Below, piece after piece: positions 14,287-26,961 of a stretch of 64,000 bases of DNA (positions are counted from its first letter, which is position 1; the number at the start of each line of letters is the position of its first letter). The notes beneath the pieces are model-generated. The model saw only the letters and a program-made list of their open reading frames with translations. It made no database searches and was not told the origin of the DNA. Source of the stretch: Adineta vaga (Eukaryota; Animalia; Rotifera); the NCBI GenBank assembly GCA_021613535.1, contig CP075492.1, positions 17,484,001 through 17,548,000 on the forward strand, read 5' to 3'. A program made the translations under genes and the position numbers.

Positions 14287-14774
14287 ATATTTGCACGCCC
14301 TTCTTCTGTAATATAACGAAAGAATGCATATGCGCCTATGTATGAGAAAAAGAATGCTATACATTGTTTCACATTCACCATTGGTGTATACTTTTCCCAC
14401 TAGAAATAAAGGCGCAATACAGGTAAAAATTCAATTTCTCACTATATTGTACAAATGCGCACTGTTTTGCATTTTTAATCTTCATTTCAACTTAAACAAT
14501 ACATTCAGTAAATACCCGTACATATTGTTTTTAGCTTATTACTATCTCAATACAAATTAACATCATTATAATATCGATAATAACTCAACTAGCCAGTATT
14601 ATTTGAACTATAGTTTTATTACAACGACACTCACCGTTATGAACACTACCTATCGACTCTTTTCGATGGAAATTTGAAGTTAATATTGACAGGACTTTGG
14701 TCTTTTCAATTGAATTTTGAATTTCTAACCAACTATGTAGATTTGATGCCACCTGATGATCGACTTCTTAAACA

Positions 14775-14826
14775 AGGGTGGAAAACTGGTTTGTGGTTGT
14801 TCTTTGTTTAAACTCACACCCTCAAG
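14775..14826. repeat. Degenerate telomere-like hairpin element
   Basis: AGGGTGG...CTCACACCCTCAAG. Confidence 0.6.
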
Positions 14827-15050
14827 AGATCCTTAATCAACATTGAAGCACATCGTGTGACGCTTGAAATTATGGTTTATTTTTTGTGCGAGAACAAAAA
14901 AACTGAGTAAAATCGTATGCGAAAGCCATGTAAAAGAGAAATTATCTCTGGATGGAAATGAAAAAGGGTAGAGAAAACAAATGAGGCACTTTTCTCTTTT
15001 CAGATGAAAACTATTTTAATTTTTTCATAAATGTTATTCTATAATCTATA

Positions 15051-15991
15051 CTAAAAAGTATGCACTACAAAAGCATTTAAAAAAGTCTCGGGAAGTACGT
15101 TCATCGAATAGTTATCATTCAGACGATCATATGCATTCGCAGATAATGTCTCTTGCCAATCCTGACTTGACCATTCGGGTGAATTCAGACAAGCTAATTT
15201 GGCCAGATCCATCTGTGTCAGCCAGAAAAACGCAAAGATCAACACGATACTAAAATAAACAATGGTTGTAAACAAATTAATTCAACTTTTCATTAAATTA
15301 AAAATTACTTCATCGGTAAGGATTGCCAAGAAGGCTCGGAGTTCATCGGGTGAAATCAGACCGTCTGATAGTCGGATTGTCCGACCGTAGAGGCCTCTAC
15401 TGCATTGATCGAGAATGTCGAAGGCGCGTTTAATGTCTGATTCTTGTTCCTGATTATTGCCTAACATGAATACTTGCAAGACTTGTAAGAAATCTTCCCA
15501 TACCAATTTTGGAGCTGATGAAGAAACTTTCGCTGCAATAGAATGAATTAGCAAAAGATTACATAGATGATAGCCTAAGAATAGATTGTACTGACCGTTT
15601 TTGTACTCTTGCTCCGTTATAGTGCGAGAATGAACAGATACGCCGTCTTCGAGCAATTCCACACTAACACTTGTAGTACGATCATTAACCATTTGCACCT
15701 TGTATTTGGCAGTTCTAGTCGACCACATTGATGATGCAGGAAAGGAGAAGCTTGCTATTCGTTTAATGAAACTTAACAAGTAGAAATAATATGAATGCAC
15801 TTACCAGGTCTCACGAATTTCCGGTAAATTTGCATACCAGGAGTATCTAACAATTTTAACAAGCAAATAAGACAAGTAACTAGGATATGTAATGAAAATG
15901 ATATACTTACAATCAGCTGGAAGCAGACCGTATTGAAAGTAATCGAATAATCCTCGTCGTCGAGAAGATTTACTGCTTCTGTATTGCTCAT
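15051..15991 (-). CDS. Multi-exon EF-hand-like protein
   Basis: Short ORFs linked by GT-AG introns. DIKRAFDILD...DGLISPDELRAFL resembles an EF-hand with a loop insertion. Confidence 0.55.
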
Positions 15992-16107
15992 CTATTTCAA
16001 GATTATAAGATGAAATCAAGTGAAAGTCTCATAAGATTAACTGCAAGTGGTAAGCAATATTAAATTAATTATTTTTAGATTTCAGAGTGTGACCGCACTA
16101 CGTCGAC

Positions 16108-16154
16108 GGTGTGGGTGGGGATGGATTCAAGATCCAACACCCACACCCACCCTT
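16108..16154. repeat. Telomere-like inverted-repeat hairpin element
   Basis: GGTGTGGGTGGGG...CACCCACACCCACCCTT. Confidence 0.8.
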
Positions 16155-16211
16155 GCAGTTATTTTTCATTTTAAAACACTTCCTATTCCTCTCTGTCAAA
16201 ATCTGGAAGTC

Positions 16212-17488
16212 TTAGAGAAGGACAGAATATTTGAAAAAAGTCTTACCATGCAGGTGTCGGCCTCCACTTGATGTTTCATAACCAATAGCACTTCCGCGCC
16301 ACGTCTCTGAGTGAGGATACGAGCACATGGAACTGCCATTTCGTATAAATGCGTGGTAATGTTGGTTACCTCCTTCTACTACATGATGACCATGCATTCC
16401 ATAGAAACTGACATGTCCTGAAATTGCTGATGGTTCCGGGAGTGTCTGAAACAAACAACTTTTTTGTATAGTCAATTTTTTATGTGAAAGATCATACTAA
16501 ATCTTCAAAAACACCAGCTTCACGAGCCCGTTGAATAAGCGTCGCTGCGTCTAAAAGTGATGACCCATAACGAGCGCGATAACGTTCGGGATCTTCTCGT
16601 TCAAAAAGCTTTTCAAGCCGGCGATGTACGGATGCCTGAGTAGCGTCATATTGGATAATCTTAAAGAATGGCTCTGAGTATCTCATAGCAGGAGGAGCTG
16701 GATATGTGATTGTTTCACGTTCAGGTCGAGGCCCATACGGAAGCCATCGCTCAATTAAAACATCGGCTAAACAATGACAAAGAAAAGAAATGAAAAGAAA
16801 GCTGAAGATAATATTTTACGCGGCCGTTGTGAAAGAGCTGGATAACGTTTGATAAGAACTGATCGTGGTGGAACAGGCATCGGAGGTAGATATTTAGTAA
16901 CTATAAAACAAAGCATATAGATCAATATAGTTGTAAACATTTTCTTAAATTATGTATATTTTCACCTGTTTCACTGGGAATAACCGGTGGTGGTGTGGGT
17001 GGTTCTTCACGGAGGATAATTGGAGGTTGTTCTTCAGGAAGTGGTGGATATTCGTTTATGACAAGTGTTGGCGGTGGTGCTGGTTGTGGTGGACGCAGTT
17101 CTCTGATAACAAGTGGCTAAAATCATCAAACAAAGGTTCATCAGATTGTATTTACAAACATATATATGTGTCTTATTACTCCTGGTGGTGGAAGTGCTGG
17201 TGGTTGAAGATATCGAATACAAATGAGTTGGTCATTCGATCCTGAACTTCCATCTTCCATATGAGTTAATACTTCTCGAACAATCTGTGGACTAGACGGC
17301 CGATAAATATTCTCGGTTAGATTTTCCAGATATTCATTCGTTTCCATAACAGTCGTTGTATTGACTATTACAGTCTCCGTAGATTCAACAGCTTGTCCTG
17401 AACCTCCAAGTTCCAAAAATTGATGGCGAAAGAAACCACTGGTAGTATTGGCATCATATAACCGAACAACGCTTCTATCATCATCGCC
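16212..17488 (-). CDS. Proline-rich protein of unknown function (copy 1), multi-exon, first exon not found
   Basis: IRYLQPPALPPPG|PL..., IILREEPPTPPP, IERWLPYGPRPER, YRARYGSSLLD. Same intron positions as the paralog at 26962-28295. Confidence 0.7.
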
Positions 17489-17504
17489 TAGTATACAAAT
17501 TTCA

Positions 17505-17600
17505 TTGGGGGTGGGTGTGGTGTGAGTGTGGGTATGGGTGAAACAGTGACAACTACATTGACATTCACACCCACTCAAAAAGCAACGCGGGTGGGTGTGG
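17505..17600. repeat. Telomere-like hairpin element plus an extra G-rich arm
   Basis: TTGGGGGTGGGTGTGGTGTGAGTGTGGGTATGGGTG...TCACACCCACTCAA...GGGTGGGTGTGG. Confidence 0.8.
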
Positions 17601-18452
17601 TCTCATAAAAATCAACGTTTCTCAAATTAGCGATTTTGGAACCTGTCGCACTCAACACAAATCACCTGCATCACCAGCAAAATGAGTAGCCCTAAGAGGC
17701 CCACCTTTAGTCTACAACTTGATATAAAAATTGGAATGGGCTCTCGATGGTCAGTGTCCTAAGTGTAATTCTCTGGCTATACGATCCATCAAGATCCCGT
17801 GACAATTTTTGTGCCAAATACAGGACATATGTATGGCTTTCAAGGGAAACTACCTCACGTGTCGGCCATCCGATCTCTTTCGAGCAAAATACAGCCCGAA
17901 ATCCGCAATTTAAAAAAAAGCCAGTTTGGCAGAAGTTAGTCATGTCGAACGATTCATCCAAAAAATGCTGAAATTTTCAACAAAACAGGTGTGACAAAGG
18001 TCTACTCAGCAAATGACTTTCACACCACCCTCATGTTGTAGTCCAAAAATATAGTAGTGTAATATACCTGGAAGTAGTATTTTCATACTAACAAAACAGT
18101 ATCTCCAGCAAATTGATTGAGACATGCTAGTTATTCTGCTAATGGTACTACTAACTATCTACCTTCACTCAAATCTTCAACACTATCGATTGTACATTTC
18201 TCAAGATACAACCGTCTCAAAAGTCCATTTTTTTGATAAGCAGAATTCTCAGGTCACGCATAAAATCGCACTAACAAATCCTACGCACAATATTTTCGAA
18301 TCAATTTGCGCCAAAAATGGTCAAATACTTGCGTGCATCACACATGTAAAAATGAACAAGATCAAAGATCATCGACTAAGCACTCCCATTGAAATCGGTC
18401 GTTGACAGAGAATAGAATTGGACACTCCAAAAGCATGAAACAAAAAACGATA

Positions 18453-18529
18453 ACGCGCGAAGATGGAATCGAACCATTGTCCTGCTGTACTCACGAGCAT
18501 GCTCTCAGCCCACTGAGCTCTATGAGCGT
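18453..18529 (-). ncRNA. tRNA-like sequence (pseudo-tRNA or tRNA-derived SINE head)
   Basis: Minus strand has an A-box (TAGAGCTCAGTGG), D-stem GCTC/GAGC, B-box GGTTCGATTCC and a downstream T6 run. Acceptor and anticodon stems are mismatched. Confidence 0.6.
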
Positions 18530-19715
18530 ACCTCTCTTTGATTCACGTGGCCTAGATGGAGCTACTCCGTGACAGTCGTTGATTACGTGCAATGGCTCGT
18601 AAAAGGATCAATCGGCTTTGAAATCGTCAGTTTCAATAAAAGTCACTATAGGTAGTATCAAAGCAATGGCTCTATGAAGCGTACAAAGCCACTTCGGCAC
18701 AATATTATTTTCTGTCTACAAGGATTATGCTTACAATCTTGTTTAGTGTTCTAAAGAACCCTATTAATCTTGCTTAGCAATCAATAGATTAGATATACAA
18801 ATTCGTCACTATTTTCTTCCCTGCACACACCCTAGTCCTTATTAAATGAGCAATAGGAAAAGGAGCGAAACGACAGCATCTTGGAAAACATACCTTCATC
18901 ATCTTTATCTTCATTGCCTTCATTTCTTTTACCGTCATACTCTGGAAACATAAGGAAAACTAAGCATGATAGTCCGGGCGTTCTCTTTCAAAATATGTTC
19001 TTCGTTCTGTACGGGTGGATCCATGGGGAGCCAGCCGCTTTTTGAAATTTTTTGTGAGCGGTCCTACTACGTGAAAACAGTTGAACATGACCGAAAAACT
19101 TTTTGTTTCGTAGAACTGGCTGATCATTTTAGCAAAGAAATTCGATTTCTGAAGCCATATCTCGAAAAACGGTGCCATACGATCGAATCATGCAGATACG
19201 TGTGTGAAACATCGCGCCAGCTACATGGAAGGAGATTTTTCGTGCAATATCACCCCGTGGCCGATAAATTCGACTATAGGGAACGGCTCTCTCAATGTAA
19301 ACAAGTACCCTTTTTGATGAAAAATGCGATATTGGAGTCTTTTTGCGCTCAAACAAAAAAGTTGTCGAGAAAAGAACTTTGTATACCGATTGCGATCTGA
19401 TCTTGCCGTTTTACTTGCTATAAGTGTCGTTGAGCATCGGCCTATGTCATGTTTCACGTTTTCTTATCGCTCACTCATCCTTTAGGGCACACTGGATCCT
19501 CCCTAGCCTTTCTAATCATACAGGTTTGATTCTCATCTCATCAGAACGTGTTCCAGCTGTCAAAGTGAAGTATTCTGGCTCAGTTTCTGATTTTTGGCTG
19601 AGCATAATCAACACAGCATCGTCTGAGAGAAGCCCGTAAGACTAAGGTTTCGTGCAACGAAAGCACCTATGCAGTCAGTTGGCAATCTCTCTCGTAGTGT
19701 TAACTCTACTAGGCT

Positions 19716-20081
19716 CATGAGCTGCCTAGTCCGAGTTATAATATAAATGAAGATTCAGCCGCTTGTTGTAACTTCGAAAATAAATCAACTAAACGAAAAC
19801 TAAAACTTTAGTATGTAATAGGACTACTTGTAAGTTTGTTTTGATACATTTATAGTTCATTTATATGCTCTCCTGTAGATTTAGGAATTGTTAGGAATAG
19901 ATAGGAATAGATTTGTTTTAGTCTTACTTAATTATAACTCACAAATAAAGGTGCATCTATGTATAAATATGAATTATAGGTATAAATAAGTAAAACTATC
20001 TCTTCCTCCAGCGCCATTTTTGTGCTCAAATATATTTTTGAAATCTCCATTTATATTATAACTCGAATTAGGCAGCTACTC
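19716..20081. mobile_element. Non-autonomous hAT-type MITE (366 bp)
   Basis: About 40-bp imperfect TIRs (AGCTGCCTAGTCCGAGTTATAATATAAATG / CATTTATATTATAACTCGAATTAGGCAGCT). Exact 8-bp TSD ACTAGGCT at 19708-19715 and 20082-20089. Confidence 0.85.
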
Positions 20082-20973
20082 ACTAGGCTACACGATTTCC
20101 GAACGTGGAGTTTTTCCTTAAGTCGATCGAAAGAGTTCTGAAGTATCATGTTATGCTCTGACAGGCTTGACTAGGTGTGGTTTTAGGAAAACGCGAAGGA
20201 TGAATTCGTTTTTAGGGACCGGAAAAAGAGAGCTTGAATCAAAACTTGTCGTCAATGCCCTTTTCTCAGTCAATTTTTTCAGTTAAGTTCAAAAAGGCCT
20301 AAAACTCATGATTTTCACCTAAACATGCTACTTTGTCTCATGGAGAGAGGCGTTCCATACAGTCGACTGTGTCCGCAACGAGGTGCTATTACACAAAAAG
20401 TATTTTCTATGCAGTCGGTGACGTGTTTACCTCACCTGTCTGCATGATTCTATCGTGTACTCCCATATCTCGAAATATAGCTCCAAAAGCCGAATGGTTC
20501 CACCAGAAAGACTATTCAATTTTATGACCAAAAATGTTTTCAGTGATGTTGCGTCATTTCCGCACAGCAGGATTGCTTAGGAAAAAAATTTCCAAAAATG
20601 TGGTTGGCTCTGCATGGATCCACTCTAAGATTCCATTGTTTTCCTTAGCAAATTCTCGTTTTTTTGAAGGCTCAGAATACTAGCCAAAGCAAGTGATGCT
20701 GCTAGATGCCACTTGAAAACCAATCGGATTTCATTATGGGTAACATAAGCTTGTAACTAAAAGTTTTCGGCTTATGTCTCAACTGTTCGCCACCTCACTG
20801 ATTACACACATACGGCCTGCTAGAGTAAAAAATGCTCTACGAAACGCACCGAACTGTGAAAAAGAGTCCTTGGATATTTTTAACACTCTGCAACATTCTT
20901 TCCGTTCTCTCTTCTATGAAAATTGTTTGCAGTGTAAAATCATCTTCCAGGTCACCGAATACTTTATATTCGA

Positions 20974-22022
20974 TCAAGAAACCTTACCTTGCGACCATCG
21001 TCGAATAGCATCAGCACCGTTTGTGTTGACTTCAGCAACACCTTCCGAAGTCAGAATTTCACAGGTTGAGGACAGGACGATCAAACATGGTATTCCTGTG
21101 ACGTTGAATTTCTCGCGGAGTGTACGTTCGCGGGTTCGATCTGCCAACAGAGAGCACATAAACAACGTTCATCGATTCGAAAGAAAGAAAAGCATAGCGG
21201 AGTAGCCGTAACGTCATGTCGCTTCTGACTCTCAAAAACGATTGCTGTCTTATTTTCATAGACTACGCTGAATCGTCCCGCACGATTAGATATTAAACTC
21301 GAACAAAACTGCCGAGCTGTGAACCAGGAGTGTTCCCCATTGATTGAAGAGAAAAAAACTCGTCTGCTCTGAGTGCCAGAATTTGATGGGGTCAGACGAT
21401 ATTCGTCTGGATATCATAGACGAAATGAAAACTTGCAGAGGACTGGTGTCTCTTTAGAAAGTATGCTCTTTTCGTTTCGCCGCATCTCAGAGAGGAGGAA
21501 AATGGAATGAAAAAACTTCTTCGTTGTAACGATAACAGCTGTGTATCGAAGTTATTCCTGAAATACATCATATCACTACAAGCAAAAATGATCCATATGA
21601 ATGAAAGAAAAAAACCATCTCAACTGTGAGTGACATCTTAGTTCTTCACGACAGGAAGATTGGCCTACCCGAGAATGGCAATGCTTTCCATGGCATTTCT
21701 TGGTAATAGTGGTCAAAAGCGTTTTGGTCTCTGTCCCAGGACAGGAATACAATGTCAAACTTGTCTTTCACGTTGTTGTAAATGCTCTTGAACGCTTCAA
21801 CCAATTTTGGTGTGAAAGAACGAGAAGGTGGACACCAGTGGCCACTAGAAAAGGAATTTATCAATCAGTATGATAAGAGTAAACTTACGAGAAATAGAGA
21901 CCGATTATCTTGCCATGGAGTCGACTCGTGGCTATGTAGTTGTTGGTTCCGGCGCTTTCATCAGTACTGTGCTGGAGTAATTGCTCACCGAGCAACTGTA
22001 CCAATGGTATATTTGATGTCAT
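20974..22022 (-). CDS. Nucleoredoxin/tryparedoxin-like thioredoxin-fold protein, 3 exons (22022-21889, 21844-21669, 21140-20974)
   Basis: GKIIGLYFS|GHWCPPSRSFTPKL, DIVFLSWDRDQNAFDHYYQEMPWKALPF, KFNVTGIPCLIVL. GT-AG introns have compatible phases. Confidence 0.85.
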
Positions 22023-22288
22023 GTATTGCTTGACTGCTAGTTGTTTGGCGTACTACGACGCTGCTTGAAGAGGAACTGCTAAGGATCGTATTCCAAAAGC
22101 TCTTTGATAGAAAATATGACGAATCTAGAATATTTCTCTTCCGAAATGTATAAAAAATTGCAGGTTTGAGAAAAACGGCCAATGTGAAATCTTCAATTCC
22201 TACCCATATTAGTGCAAAATATTGTGTGGCATGCAACAAAATGAATTAAAGTACAAATGTCTCTCAATAAATAATTTCACTAGCTCTC

Positions 22289-22640
22289 ATGACAAAACTA
22301 GAGAATGAAATTCTGCATCGAATTGTACAGGGTATGACAAAACTAAACGGCCCCCTCGTATGTACAAACAAAAAGATTCATATTGTAAGCGCACAACTCG
22401 AATTTCTTCTGAAGAACAATGACAAATCAATCAAACTAAAAACGTTTGAACAAATTCTTCGTGGTTCATCATTTTTATCTTCGTTGAGTCTTATTGCTGT
22501 CAATGATGTTGCACAAGATTTTGTCTTATGCAAGAAATGTCGACCAATCATCGTCTATAGGACTACAGCTGGAACTGGTGGTTTACAAAAACATTAAGCA
22601 CCTTGTGGAAAAGGTACATCATCATTAAATACAACATAAT
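22289..22640 (+). mobile_element. BED zinc-finger remnant (hAT transposase N-terminus)
   Basis: FVLCKKCRPIIVY...GTGGLQKH*APC matches the BED CxxC...H...C layout, with an in-frame stop. Confidence 0.5.
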
Positions 22641-23729
22641 CATCTCTCACAACTAGCATTGCTTTTTTGAAATTTCAATTGAGATTAATACTAAATGTGA
22701 ACCCAGGGTACTTCCATAGTATAGTATATGAGAACCCAAGGGTATCTCTTTAAATCGAGAAGTACAAGTCAGATCTGACAGGAAGACACTGAAAACCAAA
22801 CGGAAATCGCAAGTAGGATTTCTCTGAACTGATTCGGTGATGCAATTGCTCTGGTTCCTTTCGGAATCAGTCTGAACCTCTCAAAGCTAGCAACCGGATA
22901 CAGTCATCGGGTTCGGGCCAGAAACGGTTCGTTTCCTGCAAGTTTTCGCCGAAAAGTCACAGATTACTGCTTTCGAAATGATCGACCTGAGTCGAGAAAA
23001 AGATTTCATGACGATGAACTCTTGTGGACTTTGGATAATCTTGTTGAGTCCTACTTGTGAACTGAATACGAAGTTGACCAGTTAATCGAGTTTTGAAACT
23101 GTCACTTGCGAGTGCTCTCATGCTACATACCTCGAGATATGAATCTTCAACTCACAAAAGAAAACTATCATTTATTCTCGTTACAGATTCATATTCGACT
23201 GGGACTCGTTTAACTCTTTGGGTCCCGGCGACGTATATTTACGTCCAGGTGGAATTACAGAATAATGGTGCTCATAATATATTCTTTAACCGTTTAGAAC
23301 ACCCTTTTACCTTTTATAAGGTGATGGTAGACAAGCACTATCTTTCTTTGTTACCTTCAGGCTTGTTAGTATTATGCAACTACGTCGTATAGGCTGTTTT
23401 CGTTCTATATATTGACACTGGTGTTCGATTTGAGATAATTAGAGAAATTTCTCCAAGTACGAATCATAAAAATCAACTGTTTTTGAAAACCAGCAACAGG
23501 AGACCTTATTCTTTTTCTGACTGTTCATCATTCTCCTTCGATTTTTCCGCAAAAATCTCAAGCAAAGTAGACTCAAAGACTATCATGAAAAGATAAACTA
23601 CTAATAGGTTTTTGACGCAAGAATACTTTTCTTCCTAAAGAAATAGACAGATGTTTTATAGAGAAAGTCCGATTTTTGCGAAAAAAAGCCGGCACTGAAA
23701 GGGTTAATACGGTTTATTTGTTAAATGTA

Positions 23730-24293
23730 CAGGGTGTCGCAAAAGTCACTTTACCGAGAAACAAGTCAATATTTCCAGCAAAGCTTCAAGTCAAAGAGCT
23801 GATTTTGTGACCAGTAATAGGTGTGTATTCACACTTTAATACGATACTAAAATACTTGAGGCAACTCTTTGTTGGCCACCGCAACTGGCCTTAACAAGGA
23901 AAATATCACTTTTTCCACAGATAAAGAAAAACTCGACATAACGAGTAATTCAAAAGTCGTTCTGCAGACAAAAATTGAACTTTTCGCCTGCAGCCCAAAA
24001 AAACAGGATGATTTTTTAATCAATGAAAAAGAGACGTTAACGTTCGTACTTGAAGAAGATATGTCTAAACAAACTGTTCATTAAGTATACGAACTTTCCC
24101 TATCTGTGAAAAAGTGATATTTTCCTTGTTAAGGCCAGTTGTGGTGACCAACAAAGAGTTGCCTCAAGTATTTTAGTGCCGTATTAAAGTGTGAATACAC
24201 GCCTATTACTGGTCACAAAATCAGCTCTTTGACTTCAAGCTTTGCTGGAAATATTGACTTGTTTCTCGGTAAAGTGACTTTTGCGACACCCTG
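23730..24293. mobile_element. Tc1/mariner-type MITE (564 bp) with about 200-bp TIRs
   Basis: TA|CAGGGTGTCGCAAAAGTCAC...GTGACTTTTGCGACACCCTG|TA. Near-perfect long inverted arms and a TA TSD. Confidence 0.9.
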
Positions 24294-25037
24294 TACACAT
24301 CTCACTTACCGTGCTTCCAAAACAACTGATTGCAAAACCGTATCTTCAATGGAGCAGAGAGGAACGATTATAGAGTGTTCTAGTGTAATGAAGACTAAAC
24401 GAAAAATTGCAGCGTGTTTATATACAGGATTGCAGAAAAACAAAACTGTTGTGAGGCTTTTACGAGTTGCATTGGTGTTGACAGAAAAATCAATTAGAGA
24501 AAAACACTGGAATAAACGGTATAAGTTCGCTTCGCCGAATAACGTCTCGTCGACAACAATTTTCCGAAACGAAAGACGTCGCAAGAGTGACGATGAATGG
24601 GAAAAAGACTCTCGTTGAAATCTTTTTCGGCGAAGGGAACACAAGCGAATGTACAATGGTTTGCGTGTGCGTGTGAGTTAGATGTTGTTACCTTCAAAAG
24701 CGTACACAGAAAAACACGATGAAAACAAAACGAATTTCAATGCAGTGTAGCAAATGAAAATAAAATGGCCTTCAGATCCATTGAACCACTGCGATGAAAC
24801 AAATTCTCAGAGAATAATAAACCTTCAAAAAGGGTTTATCAAGAGAGGATCAACCCGTAAGTTCATCAGTTTGCAACGGATAATAAACGCTTCTTCGGTT
24901 TTTCAAGAGAAAAGGATTCATCAAAGGGTAGAACAAGTTGATGAACTAACTTTTCAGTTGTAGACCCTTTTTGAGGGTTCATTATTCTTCGAAATCTTGT
25001 TTCATTGTGTCTAGCTTTGCGCCGGTGAAAAGTCCGA

Positions 25038-25150
25038 AGGGTGAATGTGGGAGAGCGTGTGGGTGTGGGTGTGAGGCGGTGAATGTGAGTGTTGATTTTC
25101 TATCCCTCCACACCCACACCCTCACCCTCACCCTCACCCACACCCTCAAG
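25038..25150. repeat. Expanded telomere-like hairpin element
   Basis: GTGTGGGTGTGGGTGTGAGG...CCACACCCACACCCTCACCCTCACCCTCACCCACACCCTCAAG. Confidence 0.85.
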
Positions 25151-25687
25151 ATGGTTCTTTCTTTCCTCATCAGTTTTGTTGATTTGTTTGTGCTTTTTAA
25201 GTTAACGTCCTTCAGTCTCCCTGTTTTCATACGAACACATACACAAAATAGTGGCAACTTTTTTTCTCCACACTATTTATTTACCACAATCAAGGTCATC
25301 AATGTTAGTAAATCTCTTTTCTTTCATTTCTTTTCTAGATTCAATTTCTTCATATGCGCTGTTGAATTTGCCAGAAGCCTCACAAAAGCAGTTTTCTCAT
25401 CCTATACATAGACAGTGGCTGAAAATTTTCTTTGGTCTTCACTATAATATGTTAATATAATGGTTAACGGTTTTTGTTAACGTTCATATTAATGTTAACG
25501 ATTTCTAGTTAACCGTTAATTCGGGGTTAGTTAACTCATTAACGAATAGAAAATAATCATTTATCATTTAACTTTGAGTTTTTTTCATGGGAAAGTCGGC
25601 GTTCACACAACAGTTGTGTTCATCATGCAGACTAGAATAGGTATAGACCAGTGCCAGTTAACTGGGTACCAGTCGGTTTTGGGTGGC

Positions 25688-26603
25688 GCAATCCCACTAG
25701 GTGCTAAATGTGTGACAGTTCTCGATCTCAGAACTGAAATCAAATTCATACCACAAGAAATCGCCTAGACCGAAAAAGATGACATCCACGGATGTATTGG
25801 CATTGCTTAGCGTTCTACAGTTCACCCCTTTATTGACTGCAGTATGGACGGAGCAAGACTTTGTTAGAGTAATATGAAAGAGGATCTCCAATAACTGCAC
25901 GGTTGACCCGAAGACTCATACTAGCTGCCCTAAAAATAACTGAAAAACTGCTACTAAAATCTGATTGGCTCGCTTATCAACCAATAGGATCTGAGCAGCA
26001 CCGTTTTGTTTCTTTTTTCACGACAGAACACAGTGTTCGTCGGGCCATATGAAAGAGGACCTCTCATAGCCCCATAATCGGCCCGACTAACACTATGTTT
26101 TGTCCTGCTAATAAGAGAAAAGCAGCGTGATGAGATCTGCTTGATTTATGTAGATTGACGAATCTGATTTGAGCAGGCTACTTTTAACTTATTGTTAGGA
26201 CGAAGCATTTAGTTTGTCGGGGTGATTACGAGGTCCTAAAGTGTTCTCTTTGTTATGGCCGACGAACACTATGTTCTGTCGTGAAAAAAGAAACAAAACG
26301 GCGCTGCTCAGATCCTATTGGTTGATAAGCGAGCCAATCAGATTTTAGTAGCAGTTTTTCTGTTATTTTTAGGGCAGCTAGTATGAGTCTTCGGGTCAAC
26401 CGTGCAGTTATTGGAGATCCTCTTTCATATTACTCTAACAAAGCCTTGCTCCGTCCATACTGGAGTCAATAAGGGGGTGAACTGTAGAACGCTAAGCAAT
26501 GCCAATACATCCGTGGATGTCATCTTTTTCGGTCTAGGCGATTTCTTGTGGTATGAATTTGATTTCAGTTCTGAGATCGAGAACTGTCACACATCTGGGA
26601 TTG
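25688..26603. mobile_element. About 0.9-kb foldback (palindromic) element
   Basis: About 25708-26050 is the near-exact reverse complement of about 26260-26594, which produces the mirror ORFs MQLLEILF... on both strands. The centre is also weakly palindromic. Confidence 0.9.
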
Positions 26604-26961
26604 GGCATCCCTAAGTTCAGGTGATTTCAGCGTTTGAAATCAGTTTGTTCCCCTTTGAGAGCAATCGTTAACCGTTAATATAAACGGTTAACGTACCACG
26701 TCTAATGTAAGTAATGTTGCTACATTTGACAAGTAAATCGCATTGAACGAGTCTAAATCTAAAGATAACTTTCCAACGAAATTGCAACGTTCAATTTTTC
26801 AGAATACAATGCATTCTGGCCTAGTCAGTTGTAATTTTTCTAATTCAAAAATTGAAAAGAATATGAATAAAGACATATTTGATATTTATCTTTATGTGTT
26901 TTAGTTCGATTTTATTTTGACTTTGAAAACTTATTCGTATTTTATCGATCAATTCGGGAAA

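Noticed and set aside
18453-18529. Functional tRNA gene
   Set aside because: Acceptor and anticodon stems are mispaired and the anticodon loop is non-canonical.
17707-20700. Overlapping short ORFs in the GC-richer block
   Set aside because: No recognisable domains; probably non-coding TE interior.
23690-23707. piggyBac-like end GAAAGGG|TTAA
   Set aside because: No matching opposite terminus was found nearby.
24971-25411. ORFs rich in HTHTLT, RVWVWV or PTPT (also 14206, 16047, the 5' end of 17141-17578, 63804)
   Set aside because: They are translations of the telomere-like hairpins, not genes.
25697-26614. Twin ORFs MQLLEILFHITLTK...
   Set aside because: Mirror products of the foldback arms, with no ATG start and no domain.
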